A DNA stretch of 64,000 bases, taken from Selaginella moellendorffii. Its lineage: Eukaryota > Plantae > Lycopodiophyta. The stretch's first letter is position 1. Each line of letters opens with the position of its first letter. The stretch spans positions 248,036-312,035 of the forward strand of contig NW_003314404.1 of NCBI RefSeq assembly GCF_000143415.4, read 5' to 3'. Made by a program: the position numbers and the translations under genes. This document shows, piece after piece, positions 35,795 to 48,621 of the stretch. The notes under the pieces were generated by a model that worked only from the letters and a program-made list of their open reading frames with translations, was not told the DNA's origin and did no database searches.

Positions 35795-36737
35795 TGGTTC
35801 AAGGACTACTCCCAGTTCCAGCATTTGATCCACGCTCATTGCAGTGGCAAAAACGCAAAGGTACGTGTTTGGCTAAGCAAGGCACTGGTTTCCTCATGTA
35901 GAGGAGGAGTTCACACTAGATTTTGGAACTTGGATGTGGCAACTCGCGCATGAGCGAAGATATGTACCAAGACGGCTTCACGGACATCACAGCTACTGAT
36001 CTCTCGCCTGTGGCTGTGGAGAGCAAGCGATGGAGATGCTTCGACTTGAACTATGGTATTCTTCTCGGCATTTCTTCTTTTCAACTTTGTCATTCTTGTC
36101 TCTCCAGGCATCAAAGTTCTTGTAGCTGATATCATGGACATGCCATTCAAGGACGCGAGCTTCGACATTGTGATCGAGAAGGGAGTGATGGTATGATACA
36201 GAGATAGTGTTTGTCTTTTATATCGGATCAAAATTAAAGGAACAAACAGGATGTTCTCTTCGTGGACAGCGGGAGTCCCTGGGATCCAGAGCCCCAAACA
36301 AGAGCCCGAGTTGACGTGACGCTCAAAGAGGTACACCGAGTTCTTGGAGCGAATGGTGTTTTCATCTCAATAGCATTTGGCCAGGCAAGAAAGACTTTGA
36401 TCTTAGAGCTTCTACTCTCTTTTTAACTCTTTGCCTTGACAGCCTCACTTTCGGCGCCCCTTTTTCGAGGCCAGTGGCTTCGAGTGGTCCATGGAGTACT
36501 CAACCTTTGGAGACTCGTTCCACTATTATTTTTATACGCTAAGAAAGGTAGTCTCTTTCCTCCCCGGTCAAACTTTTAAACACTCTAACATCGTTTTACC
36601 AGGGAATGGCCAGAAAGGTTTTGCCTCGAGACTCGATGGAAATCACAAGCATTGACATGGTGCAGGAGCAAATGGATGACGAAGATTATATCATGAGAAC
36701 CATGATGGTCGACGACGACAAAACCACGTCCAGTTGA
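35795..36737 (+). pseudogene. SAM-dependent methyltransferase (EEF1AKMT4/METTL13-like), 5'-truncated
   Basis: WFKDY, ILELGCGNS, DIVIEKG.MD.L, FGQPHFR. Introns 35861-35919, 36056-36107, 36191-36249, 36385-36442 (GC-AG) and 36548-36602. Confidence 0.85.
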
Positions 36738-37339
36738 TCGATCATTTCAAAAAATATCGATAACTTCCACCATGTTTCCATGCTGTGCATATGCCTTGAT
36801 CACGACACCGGATCCTTACGCGAACTCTTGCAGCTCTCAAAAACGTTCCTGGCATCGCCCACGAATCCAGCTCCAGCCAGCATCTTCACGACCACGGGCG
36901 TTTTGTCCACTACCTCGGACTCCAGACGGACCGCCTGTGCATATATCTATCTTCTGGAAGCGGAGGCCACCTTTGTGAGAATGCCAGAAAGAAACGTCTG
37001 GACTGCCAGGATCGGACGTTCCGGTTGCTTGATAGTCTTGGACACAGTGCCCCATGATAGCGTGGTGCTCGAGCTGTGGGGATTGCAAGCGTGCTGCTAC
37101 GTCGGTTTGGCCCTATGAGACATTGTTCTTGAGCGCTCTTCTTGCTTGCAAGCACTGCGGCGATTTGGACCCCAGATGGCGCTGCATCGACTTTGGCGTG
37201 CTGCCACACTAGAGCAGCGTGCTGGTCGGCGGGGTGTGTGGTGCGAGTGGGTGCTCGCCAAGGATTTGGCCCGCCATGCGACAATGTTGCCTGGACGGCC
37301 TTCACTGCATGCTAGTTACACGATGGGGATATAGGCTGT

Positions 37340-37552
37340 GAGAGAGTTTTCGGGCCCTTAGGACCTCGAGGACATTGTTCTGAGAGGAGGGGATGATATA
37401 AAGTCCAAGTGTACAATTACAGTATTATATACTGTGGGATTTTGATAGGTGTTGAATTGGTTTCAATCTAAACCGCTCGCTCCTATATATAAACTAAGGT
37501 TTTTAGGCTAATTGATATACATATTTTTATATTCCCTTTCTATATTCCATGA
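37340..37552 (+). mobile_element. PPT plus truncated 3' LTR of gypsy family A
   Basis: GAGAGGAGGGGA then TGATAT..., homologous to 4678-4850. Confidence 0.6.
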
Positions 37553-38934
37553 ATATATTTCTTTAAATTTTTTCTCAACAAAATAATGAATATTTTAAGA
37601 ATATACACTGCCAGATACTAGATAAAAAAACTCTTAAGTTCTACACACTTGTTCTAAAGAACAACAAAGGAATATTAAGCTTCCAAAATGGTAAGGAGAA
37701 AATATAAAAATTAATTATTGTTAAAATCTCTTATTCTCAGCCAACAATTTTTTCTAATGAAATGTGTTTGAATGAGATACACATAATATTCTTTTATTAA
37801 ACATAATATATATTAGTTCACCTTAGTGGATCAGTATTAACACCTTATGCCAACTGATGATCCTGACATTTCCAATGCTCTCAAATTTCATTGTGCTCAG
37901 CAGCACAAAAGTCTTGGTGGTCAACACTGAAGATCTCGTCACTCCTGCTGGCATAAGTTGTCGATCATAGATGTGGAACTGCCATGTTTGTAGGTGCTGA
38001 AGCTGCTGAAACAGTTTGCTAGATCACAAATGTCTGCTTGGAAATATTTGATCAGGTGAGCCTTTTTTGGTTTTTCAACTTTGGTGAGTCAGATCATTAA
38101 ATCCCCGCCTATATCAGAAAAAGTAGAAACAAAGAAATGGAAATGAAACTGTTTGTTCAGCAGTAGTGGTTGTACCTTTGCTTCGATAGCTTCATATCAT
38201 GGGCTCTCCTGAGGACGTCGGGAAGGCTTGTTCGAGCCAATGCGCTCCAAGTATGGGTTACCACGTTGTCAGGGAGAGCTTGAGAGTGTATAGAGTCATC
38301 ACATTTTCTGGCGATTTAATATACTAGCCCAGCACTATCATGATATCATCGTGGGTTCCAAGCATCTGGAGCCATGGCAAACGTCTACTCGAGCGTCGAG
38401 AGGCTGGTGGCCAAGGAGCTGCTCACGAATCTACGACTCCACCGTCTTCCACTGGTTATGCAACAACTCAATGTTAAAGGTGGATTTTCGCGATGGAAGG
38501 CAATGAAAGTTGAGAACATCGGCAACCTCCGCAATGAAAAGATTGTCATCACTCCGGCTCAGGTAAGTGCCTTTATTGTAGATGCTGGAGCTGGTTTCGA
38601 AGAATGCTCTCATGGATGTCTTCCAGGCCGATCTCGTGATCACTTTCATTTTGTGTTTTCATCGTTTAGTTAGACCTTTGGCACTGAGCGAATCGGAAGT
38701 ACTACAAATTTGAAAACGTAATCTAGCTTAGAGCTAGCACATATATCATAGGCTCTTGGCTGTGGCTCTGAATCTCGCCGCTATATGACTATATGACGAC
38801 GAGCAGCTTTGCTACGTTTAAGCTCGGGATCAAGAACTTACACACCGGAAATTAGGGTTCTTCCGTAGCCGCGGCACGGCGACCGCGAGGCGGCGGCAGG
38901 GAGAAGCTGCCGCGGATTGCGCGCACGGAGCTCA

Positions 38935-41359
38935 ATGGCGTGCTGGCAAGGGATTGTGTGATGCAGTTCCATGCCGAGCGGCATCTTTGAGCTACCGCGA
39001 TGGCGAAGAATGCCATCCCGAGCTTGAAGCGGTCCAGCGCCGGGAATGCCTGGCGGAGATTGACCGGCAGAATGTGAGCGATCTAGCGCTGGGCTATGGA
39101 TCGCTCCTCCGCTGGTGCTGCCGCCACAAATCCCTGGAAGATGGTAGGAGAGTCCACAAGCACATTGTCGAGAATAATCTCATGGTGAACAGGTACCTGG
39201 GCAACTTCATGATCGCGGCGTGCGTGAGGGGGGGCCGCCCCTTGCAATCGCTGGAGCTCTGGGGGGAGATGGAGGAGCGAGGCATCGTCGCGGACAAGTT
39301 TATAGTGACGAGCTTGGTGGCGGCTTGCACCAAGCTCCAGGCGCTCGAGGAGGGGCGGCGGCTCCACGAGCACCTGATCATCACGGGCTTCCGGACGGAC
39401 ATCCCGCTCGAGACGGCCTTGCTCCAGATGTATGGTAAGTGTGGCAGCCTCGACGATGCGAAGAGGGTGTTTGAGGGGATGGAGATCAAGGACTTATTCG
39501 CGTGGTCGTCGATCATCGCGGCGTATGCTCGCGCCGGGCGGGGAGAGATGGCGGTGGTGCTGTACAGGAGGATGATCGCCGACGGGGTGGAACCCAACGT
39601 GGTGACTTTCGCTTGCGCTCTTGGTGGCTGTGCTAGTGTTGCGGGCCTGGCTGATGGACGAGCGATCCACCAGAGGATTCTAGCGTCCAAGGTTCCGCAG
39701 GACGATGTTCTACAGGACTCTCTGCTCAACATGTATCTCAAGTGTGACGAGATGGTGGAGGCCAGGAAGGTGTTCGAGGGGATGAAAGCCAGGAACGTCA
39801 GGTCCTACACGGCGATGATATCGGCCTACGTCCAGGCTGGGGAGCACGCGGAAGCTCTGGAGCTCTTCTCCAGGATGAGCAAGGTGGAGGCTATCGAACC
39901 GAACGCTTATACGTTCGCCACCATCCTGGGTGCTGTTGAAGGGCTGGGGAACTTGGAGAAGGGGAGGAAGGTCCACAGGCACCTGGCTTCGCGGGGATTC
40001 GACACGAACGTTGTCGTCCAGAACGCGCTGGTGACAATGTATGGGAAGTGTGGGAGCCCGGTGGAAGCTCGGAAGGTCTTCGACTCCATGACGGCTAGGA
40101 ACGTGATCTCCTGGACTTCGATGATCGCGGCCTACGCTCAGCATGGGAATCCACAGGAGGCTCTCAACCTTTTCAAGAGGATGGACGTGGAGCCGAGTGG
40201 TGTGAGCTTCTCCAGTGCTCTCAATGCCTGCGCACTGCTGGGAGCTTTGGACGAAGGCCGAGAGATTCATCACCGAGTCGTGGAAGCCAATCTCGCGTCC
40301 CCGCAGATGGAGACTTCCTTGCTCAGCATGTACGCGAGGTGTGGAAGCCTGGACGACGCGAGGAGCGTGTTTAACAGGATGAAGACGAGAGACGCCTTCT
40401 CTTGCAATGCGATGATTGCCGCCTTCACACAGCACGGTCTTAAGAAACAGGCACACTCAGGATTTACAGGAAGATGGAGCAGGAGGGTATTCCAGCCGAC
40501 GGAATCACGTTCGTGAGCGTCCTGGTTGCTTGCAGCCATACTTCACTCGTGGCTGATTGTCGAGATTTCCTCCAGTCTTTGGTGATGGACCACGGGGTGG
40601 TACCATTGGTGGAGCACTACCTTTGCATGGTGGACGTTCTGGGCCGCTCGGGAAGACTGGGAGACGCCGAAGAGCTGGTGGAAACTATGCCATATCAAGC
40701 AGATGCAGGGGCCTGGATGACTTTACTGTCGGGTTGTAAGTGCCACGGTGACTTGGATCGTGGCAAGAGAACCGCCAGGAAAGTTTTCGAGCTAGCACCG
40801 GCAGAGACTCTCCCTTACGTCTTCCTCTCCAACATGTACGCGGCTGCCAAGTGATTTGACGACGCTCGAAGAGTCCGGAAGGAGATGGAGGAGCACGGAG
40901 TGACGAGGCCAGTGGCAGTAAGCTGCATCGAGATTGACAGCGAGCTACACATGTTTACGAGTGGTGGTAGAGACGAGCAGCAAGAGGGTCACGACGGCCA
41001 GACGATGGAGAGGTCCGGTCCCTGCTGCTGGAACTTTTAGAGCCCATGAAACAAGCTGGATACGTCCCCGACACGAGGGAGTTTACTTGGAGCAGCAGGG
41101 TGGCACAAGCGAGGAGGAGAAACAACGTAGCCTGTGCTTCCACAGCGAAAGGCTTGCCATCGCCTACGGACTGATCGCTGCCAAAGATCCAGACGATTCT
41201 CGTCCGCTGAGAGTCGTCAACAGCCACCGGGTGGGCTCCGACTGCCACTCTGCGATCAAGCTCCTCTCAGATGTCACTGAGAAGAGGATTTTTGTGAGAG
41301 ATGGGAGCCGGTTCCACCACTTTGAGAAGGGAGCCTGCTCGTGTGGGGATCACTGGTGA
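38935..41359 (+). pseudogene. PLS-E-DYW PPR pseudogene, copy 2
   Basis: PPR array to CSCGDHW. Frameshift at ~40455, TGA at 40852, frameshift at ~41010, in-frame internal deletion at ~39208. Confidence 0.9.
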
Positions 41360-41572
41360 AGTTACGTTTCTTTTGTTTCACCATATGTCCACGTGGTGGG
41401 CTCAGTTGGCGGGGGACAAAGTCAGAACAAGAAAATCGCGCCGCATAAAGGTACGTCGCAAAGTCAAAAGTTCCTATCGTTTCGTGTCTTTGTGGCGCAC
41501 CTTGACTGACTGATGGATTGCAGGGCTCTCCATCAAAATCCGGAAGAGGAGTGAAGTAGTAACAAGTTGCAG

Positions 41573-44023
41573 ATGATGGAACTCATGATCTGGCTGATCC
41601 TGTTGAGCATGCTTGGATCCTCTACAGCGTCACTCAACGCACACAAAGCTGGGGTCTTGGTTGCATTGAAAAGGAGCCTCCTGGGACTGGGAAACACCTC
41701 AGACTGGACTGTGGAAAACTCCAATCGAGCATGCACCGACTGGAAGGGAGTGATTTGCAACAGTGACGATTCAGAGGTGGTGGAGCTTCATCTGGCAGGA
41801 AATGGATTCACAGGTGAGATCTCGTCGGTGGCACTCGGGCAGCTGGCGAGTTTGCGAGTCTTGGACGTGAGCAAAAACCGGCTGGTCGGATCTCTTCCTG
41901 CGGAGCTCGGGCTGCTGCAAAGCTTGCAAGCTTTGGACGTCTCGGGTAACAGACTGACTGGGAGCTTGCCTCGGGATCTCGGCAACTGCAGCGCTCTTCG
42001 TTTTTTCAACGCCCAGCAAAACCAGCTTCAAGGTCCGATACCGCCCCAGCTGGGAGCGCTCCAGAGGTTGGAGATGCTCGTCCTGGACAACAACCGCTTG
42101 TCAGGTTCTCTTCCTCCGTCCCTTGCGAACTGCTCGAAGCTCCAGGAGATTTGGCTGACGAGCAATGGTGTTGAAGGGGAGATTCCGCAGGAAGTTGGGT
42201 TTATGCAGGAGCTGCGAGTATTCTTCGTGGAGAGAAACCGGCTGGAAGGGCTCATTCCACCAGCTTTTGCAAACTGCTCGTCTCTCGAGCTCTTGGCGCT
42301 CGGGGAGAATTCTCTGGGCGGGAGGATACCAGATGAGCTTGGACGGCTCGAAAACCTGGTGGCGCTCTCGCTGTATAGCTTGCAGCGGCTGGAGGGGCCA
42401 ATTCCTCCTGAGATCGGCAACAACAGCAAGCTCGAGTGGTTTGATATCAACGGAAACTCGCTCATGCATGGCTCGATTCCAGTGTCGCTGCTTCAGCTCC
42501 CGCGCTTGGCCACCTTGCAACTCTTTGGTTTCAACAACACCTCGGACCGTCCGGTCCCGGAGCAGCTCTGGAACATGACTCAGCTCGAGTTTCTGGGAAT
42601 CGGGAGGACAAACAGCCGAGGGATCCTGTCACCGATCGTCGGAAACTTGACAAGGCTTCGGTCGCTGAGACTCAACGGGAACCGCTTTGAAGGAAGCGTT
42701 CCAGACGAGCTGTCCAAGTGTCCCAGGATGGAGATGCTGATCCTCTCCAACAACAGACTCCTGGGAGGCGTTCCTCGATCGCTTGGCACGCTTGAGCGTC
42801 TCAGAGTTTTGATGCTCGGTGGAAACCAGCTCTCCGGAGCAATACCAGAGGAGCTCGGGAACTGCACCAACCTGGAAGAGCTGGTCCTCGAGAGGAACTT
42901 CTTCCATGGAGCAATACCCGAGTCCATCGCCAGGATGGCAAAGCTTCGGAGTTTGCTCCTTTACGGAAACCAGCTCTCCGGAGTGATTCCAGCTCCAGCT
43001 TCGCCAGAGATAATCGACATGAGGCTGCACGGCAACAGCTTATCAGGCTCCATCCCTCCCTCCGTTGGCAACCTTTCCAAACTTTCCATACTCTATCTCT
43101 CCAACAACAAGCTGGACGGCTCCATCCCGGCCACTCTCGGACAGCTTCGACGATTGACACAGGTGGACTTGTCCGAGAACCAGCTCACGGGTGGTATTCC
43201 TGGCAGCCTCGCAAGCTGTGACTCCTTGCAGCTACTGGATCTATCCTCCAACCTCCTGAGTGGAGAGATTCCGGCGTCCATCGGTGAATTGACCGGCTTC
43301 CAGACCACGGACAAGAACCAGGCTCTCAACATATCGCCCATGACACCGTCGGGAGTGTTTCCGGAGAACTCCACCGATGCATACCGAAGAACTGTGTCCA
43401 AGGATATGGATGCCTCCTTGGATGGACACACGTACCAGCAATACGCAAGGGAGTTGGAGGTGCCAGGGGTGCTCGACTTGTCGGCGAACCAGCTCACCGG
43501 TGAGATTCCCGCAAGCTTGGGAAAGCTGGCTGGAGTCCGGGAGCTCAACTTGTCACACAACCGGCTGTCTGGAGGCATTCCATGGACTCTGGGAGAGATG
43601 ACGTCCATGGCAATGCTGGATCTCTCTTTCAACCGGATCAATGGGACGATACCAGGGGGACTGGCGAGGCTTCACTTGCTCAAGGATCTGAGGGTCGTGT
43701 TTAATGACTTGGAAGGCAGGATTCCAGAGACTCTGGAGTTTAGCGCGTCGAGCTACGAGGGAAATCCAGGACTGTGCGGGGAGCCTCTCTCGCGGCCGTG
43801 CGAAGGAGATGGCCTCGTGGACGTGGGCGATGGTGTAACTTGGTGGAAGGAGAACGTCTCCAATGGGGCCTTTGTAGTGGGATTTCTTGGTGGGTTCTTG
43901 ACGATGTTGTGGAGCGCCATCTTTTTATTTGTTTGCCAACCCAGCATTGTTTATCTGCTAAAACACTCACAGGTTATGAAACGAACAAGAGAGCGAACAG
44001 GAATCACTAGTACTACAACCTAG
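41573..44023 (+). CDS. LRR receptor-like protein (signal peptide, LRRNT, LRR array, island domain, TM, short tail), intact
   Basis: ~816-aa single-exon ORF. C.W.GV.C cap, LxxLxLxxNxLxGxIP repeats, GNPGLCG, FVVGFLGGF TM, no kinase. Confidence 0.93.
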   Translation: MMELMIWLILLSMLGSSTASLNAHKAGVLVALKRSLLGLGNTSDWTVENSNRACTDWKGVICNSDDSEVVELHLAGNGFTGEISSVALGQLASLRVLDVSKNRLVGSLPAELGLLQSLQALDVSGNRLTGSLPRDLGNCSALRFFNAQQNQLQGPIPPQLGALQRLEMLVLDNNRLSGSLPPSLANCSKLQEIWLTSNGVEGEIPQEVGFMQELRVFFVERNRLEGLIPPAFANCSSLELLALGENSLGGRIPDELGRLENLVALSLYSLQRLEGPIPPEIGNNSKLEWFDINGNSLMHGSIPVSLLQLPRLATLQLFGFNNTSDRPVPEQLWNMTQLEFLGIGRTNSRGILSPIVGNLTRLRSLRLNGNRFEGSVPDELSKCPRMEMLILSNNRLLGGVPRSLGTLERLRVLMLGGNQLSGAIPEELGNCTNLEELVLERNFFHGAIPESIARMAKLRSLLLYGNQLSGVIPAPASPEIIDMRLHGNSLSGSIPPSVGNLSKLSILYLSNNKLDGSIPATLGQLRRLTQVDLSENQLTGGIPGSLASCDSLQLLDLSSNLLSGEIPASIGELTGFQTTDKNQALNISPMTPSGVFPENSTDAYRRTVSKDMDASLDGHTYQQYARELEVPGVLDLSANQLTGEIPASLGKLAGVRELNLSHNRLSGGIPWTLGEMTSMAMLDLSFNRINGTIPGGLARLHLLKDLRVVFNDLEGRIPETLEFSASSYEGNPGLCGEPLSRPCEGDGLVDVGDGVTWWKENVSNGAFVVGFLGGFLTMLWSAIFLFVCQPSIVYLLKHSQVMKRTRERTGITSTTT

Positions 44024-47000
44024 ATTTTTATGATATTACTTTTTTGGTTTCTTGTTGCAATCGCCTCTTAAGAAGCATGCAAGGGGAGGATATATCCTGC
44101 CAAGAGCTCTTCGTTCCTAGATTACTACCTCAACTTTTGCAATGTAAAAGTCCAGGCTCAATTCACCGATAGACCTGGAGCACTTCATGCAGACTGAATA
44201 TGAGGTGCTTCGAGGCTCTGTATTTTAGGAGCTTTCCGTTGCTTATGTACTGCTTGGACCAATGCTGCCTAACAGTTCCTTTTTTACATTTACTAATTCT
44301 TCTTAGGTTGATGGTAGAGGAAGGAAACAGTAGGGGAATATTCTTTGGGATCTTTGCCAAAACGGAAAAATGTTTGGGTCCACTATACATAAATTAATGT
44401 TATTAACCTTTACTTTTAATTTTCACCGGATATGACCTATTTTAGAAACTGCAAATCTGAAGATCGGGGAAATCTTGTGATCTAAAGTGGATTGCATGCG
44501 ATGGTTGCCAGCCTTTGGAACCGAGACCAAGGTTGTTGCGATACTACAAAGGAGATTTGAAAATCGTTCTACTGGAGGAAAATGAGTTACTGCTGAGCTG
44601 AGTTCCCATTGGTTGGCTAATTGCGAACGATAGCAGGTGCCGATGCTATCCACTATGTATGGAGGCCAGTGATCAAGAATAATGGGGCTGTGGACTACAC
44701 TTTTCTTCCTAGGACGCTGGTGCAACGAACTTTAGCAGCGTGCCATGGAACAATATCTATGCCGGTACCAGTATACCGCCCGAGTTTGTACTCTGCTTCC
44801 TCCTGCTGGAATCGAGCTATGACCAGTTCGGCTTCCAGAGCTATGGTAACAAAACAAGCTGTGAAAGGTTCGTTGCATATGCTTTTGTAGCCGCTCATAC
44901 TTAAGGAACGAACAATGCAGGTATTGCTAGTGCAAAAAGCGTTGCTGCAGTACAATGTTCCCGTTCCGTGTCAGAGGAGGTGAAGATGTCGAGATTGTCA
45001 ATGACATCGAGCGAAACGGTGAAGTGTGCGAAACTAACTTTTTTTATCCAGGAGTGTGAACAAGAAGCGGAAGTTTGCCTTCTGAATATGTCTTGTTTAA
45101 AGTGATCTATCTGTCTCTTCGATAATTTCAGCTTTCTCTCTCTTGCAGTGAAGCCATTCATCTAAGCTCCTTAACCTTAACACTCCATGGTATATCCTTT
45201 GAAGCGATACATGGAAGATTAGCATCCATCTAGCATCAAGCTGAACATGCCACATTTGTCATTTGTTGGATCATATTTGACATCAGTCTAGAAAAAGAAC
45301 TGCATAAATTTCTGTTGCAGTCTAAATGTCCAACTTTCAAGTCTCATCCAGTTTAGTTTCATCTGTTACGTAACAACTTGATTTTTTCAGCAAACCAAAA
45401 TAATTTGTATTCTTAGTCTCATTTCCAGAACCATAAGCAGGTGCATGGTTTTTCAGTGGAATGCGGCCTATCCTTGCCACCACTTCTTTATATTCATCAC
45501 CCAATGGTATTGTCTCGATGAGGCATCTTGTCTTAACATGCTCTTTGGGTTCCTCAGTGTATATCTCTTAATCTTTTGATTATTTTGATTTTATTTATCA
45601 ATTACTAGTTTCTTCTGAAATTTTATTTTCGTTAGCTTAGATCACAAAGATTGTTGTGGGCGTCCTAATTTTAAATACTAGTAAAAATCCCACTGATATC
45701 ATTGTAATCATAGTCTGCTGGGTTGCTCTCTCGTTCATATCTTTTCTTTATGAGGAGGCAATGTCACTGTGTGTGAAGAGATGCCTGAGTAATCACGGGC
45801 TTAGATTCTAGAGGTAGGGCATCATTTGTTAAGCAGCACTAATTTGTATTATGTCCTAAGGTACTGTACCCAGGGACGTGAGCGGGTGGAATTCATGGGA
45901 GGTACGCATGAATCAGTGTATGCGCACATCAACGAGCTAAGGAACATGTTGGACGAGGAAGTCTTCGTTCTTATGCATTTCTCAAACTAATGAAGCACAG
46001 GCATCCATTACAGCATAATACTCTTGCTTTGTCCGGGCATCGTGCACGGGGAAGTCGCCAGCTGGGAGTTTACGTCTGCTACTGCAGCCTTGCGAGCGTA
46101 CATTCTTCGAGATAGAGCACCATGGAAGCCTCGGTGCTGTAGCTTGCAAGCTTGTCTGCGAGCTCCGGGGTCCTAGGGGGGAGGAGCTGGATGGGAAGTC
46201 TCCGCTTAGGGCACGTGGAACAAATCAAACGTACCGACAAATAACGTCCTATGTATTTTATACGGCTATGAGAGGCATCATGGGATTGGTAACATAAGGC
46301 GTGCGCCGGTTCCTCCGGCACTGCGACATGGACTCGGAGTTTAGGGGCTGGATTCTTCCGGCAGTTCCCGCTGATTAGGCACTCAAGAATGTCATGCATT
46401 GCCTTCAAAGTCTGGATCGAAGTAATGATCAGCGAGCTGCGAAGAGGGCGGTCTTGCATCACGGGTCATTCAAGGGCTATATTTTGAGAGTGTGTCATTT
46501 ATGAAGGAACGAGCTTGAGCTGCAGCATGCCAACTGACATGCGGATGCAGGAACTGGTGTGATCCCCAGCATTGAAGGCCCAGCTTTCTCCGTCGAGATT
46601 ACTGTCTCGAAAGCTCCAATCCGAGAAGCCGAGAAGAATGATAGTCCTTGTTCTTGTCATCCAGGGCCTGTCGAAGGATGGTTGTCGTTTGGTTTATGTT
46701 GAGCTCATCATATCGCACTGACCGCGAACCAAAGAACTGGTGTACACGAAGTTGAAGACGGTGCATGGTCTTGATTGCAAGCATGAGTCGAGAAAGAGCT
46801 TCGTGCTTTGCCCGCCGCACATCTGCAAGCAAATCCCGATACAGGGTGGCTACAAGCCGTCTCAGCTGACAAGCTTAAATGCGAGTTCCGTGTTTTGGAC
46901 GTACCGCGAGATATCGGTCTGACAAGCTTGAAGCTTCTATTCTTTGATTGGTTGATATGAAGGAAACCAAGAATGGACAGTGGATTCACAGCCGGCTGAC

Positions 47001-47218
47001 GAGTTTGCGAGTTTTGGACGTGAGCTAGTGGCTACATTTTCCTCAAAACGAGCTCCAAGGTACAATACAAGTCGTAGATCTCCATGCGCAGCCTTGGACT
47101 TTAGTTCAATTCTCACAGTTGACTCTTGCTAGAATCACTGTTCCACCGTAGAATATATGATCTTCCAGCTGTATAAAGAAGCAATTTCCCAATTGGCAGC
47201 GTAAGAGGTTTTGCGTTC

Positions 47219-48621
47219 ATGGAAATCCTCCCAGTTGTGCTCTTTGTAGCTTTTATTCTCTTCTTAGTTCTATCATGGAGCTACAGATCTTTCAAAAACC
47301 TCCCCTCAGGCCCATGGGGACTGCCCCTGATCGGCCACCTTCATTTACTAGCAGGAAAGCCCCCACATAGGTGTTTACAATCTATCTCCTGAAAGTATGG
47401 CCCCATTGTGTTCTTGAAGATGGGAATGACGCCCACTGTGGTTATCTCTAGCCAGAAGATAATCAAGGAAGTATTTACCACACACGACATAAAGTTTGGT
47501 TCCAGGCCATACATGGTTTTAGGCGACCACTTCAGCTATAACTATTCGGGATTTGGAACTTCTCCATATGGGAAGTACTGGAAAGACACTCGCAAGCTGT
47601 GTTCCATGGAGCTCTTCACAGCCAAGTCCATCGATTCATTTGCGTGGATGAGAAAGGAGGAGCTCTCCCATGCCTTGGGAGAGATCTTAAAGTCTTTCAG
47701 GAACAGCAAGCCCGTGCTGTTCTCCATTTTTGCTTTCAACAATATGTCCAGGATTTTGATGAGCAAGAGGTACTTTGGTGAAGACGAAGTCGACTCCGAC
47801 GCTTTAGAATTCAAAGAGATTCTGCTCTCCATTGTCGACCTGGTGATCAATCCCTCGTGCATTAGCACCCTCGTACCGTGGTATTTAAGATGGCTGGACT
47901 GGTAGATCCCTCGGTACAAACAAATCCATGCGAGACAAGAGAAGTTCTTGCGAAAGATCATTGACGAGCACAAGGAAACGACACGGGAATGCAAGGACTT
48001 CCTTGATATCATGCTTGAGTTCTACGGAAATAATGCCCAGGGGGAAACACACGTTAAAGCAAATCTGTTGGTAAGACTTCTTCTTATGTACTTTGTGATT
48101 GCTATAACTTTCATTCCAGGAGATGCTTATGGCTGGGACTGACGCTACTGCTACCACAATCGAATGGATCATGGCCTTGGTGATGCATAATCCTCGGGTT
48201 TTGATCAAGCTCCGGGAGGAGCTTGACCGAGTCGTAGGCAGTGACCAGATGGTCCAAGAATCCGACATCCCAAAGCTCGACTATCTCCAGCTTGTTCTCA
48301 AGGAGACACTTAGAATGTATCCTCCAGGAGTGCTCCTTTTCCCACGCATGGCCACCCAGGAAGCCACAATTGCCGGTTATACCGTTCCAAAGGGAACCAC
48401 TCTCCTGGTGAATGTTTGGGCTGTGCATATGGATTTGGCAGTGTGGGAGAATCCCACCCAGTTTTACCCAGAGCGCTTCTTGGGGAGCTCCATCGATTTC
48501 AAAGGCCAAAACTTTGAGCTCCTCCCGTTTGGATCCGGTCGTAGAATGTGTCCTGGAATGCCCTTGGGATTGCGAACTGTGGAGCTGTTGGTGGCCAATT
48601 TTGTTCACGGCTTTGATTGGA
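47219..48621 (+). pseudogene. Cytochrome P450 pseudogene truncated by gypsy insertion
   Basis: LP.GPWGLPLIGHLHLL, AGTD, KETLR, PERF, PFGSGRRMCPG. Stops at ~47390 and 47903, intron 48071-48119, 3' end lost at 48621. Confidence 0.9.

Noticed and set aside
36770-38700. Short ORFs, one with a PPR-like RMPERNVW word
   Set aside because: Too fragmentary to call.
39083-43970. Numerous antisense or alternate-frame ORFs over PPR and LRR genes
   Set aside because: Shadows of GC-rich coding sequence, reproduced in each duplicate, with no independent motifs.
44100-47000. Possible gene fragments between the RLP and the P450 (start also duplicated at ~57300-57480)
   Set aside because: Short ORFs with no motif I can recognise, so no product can be supported.
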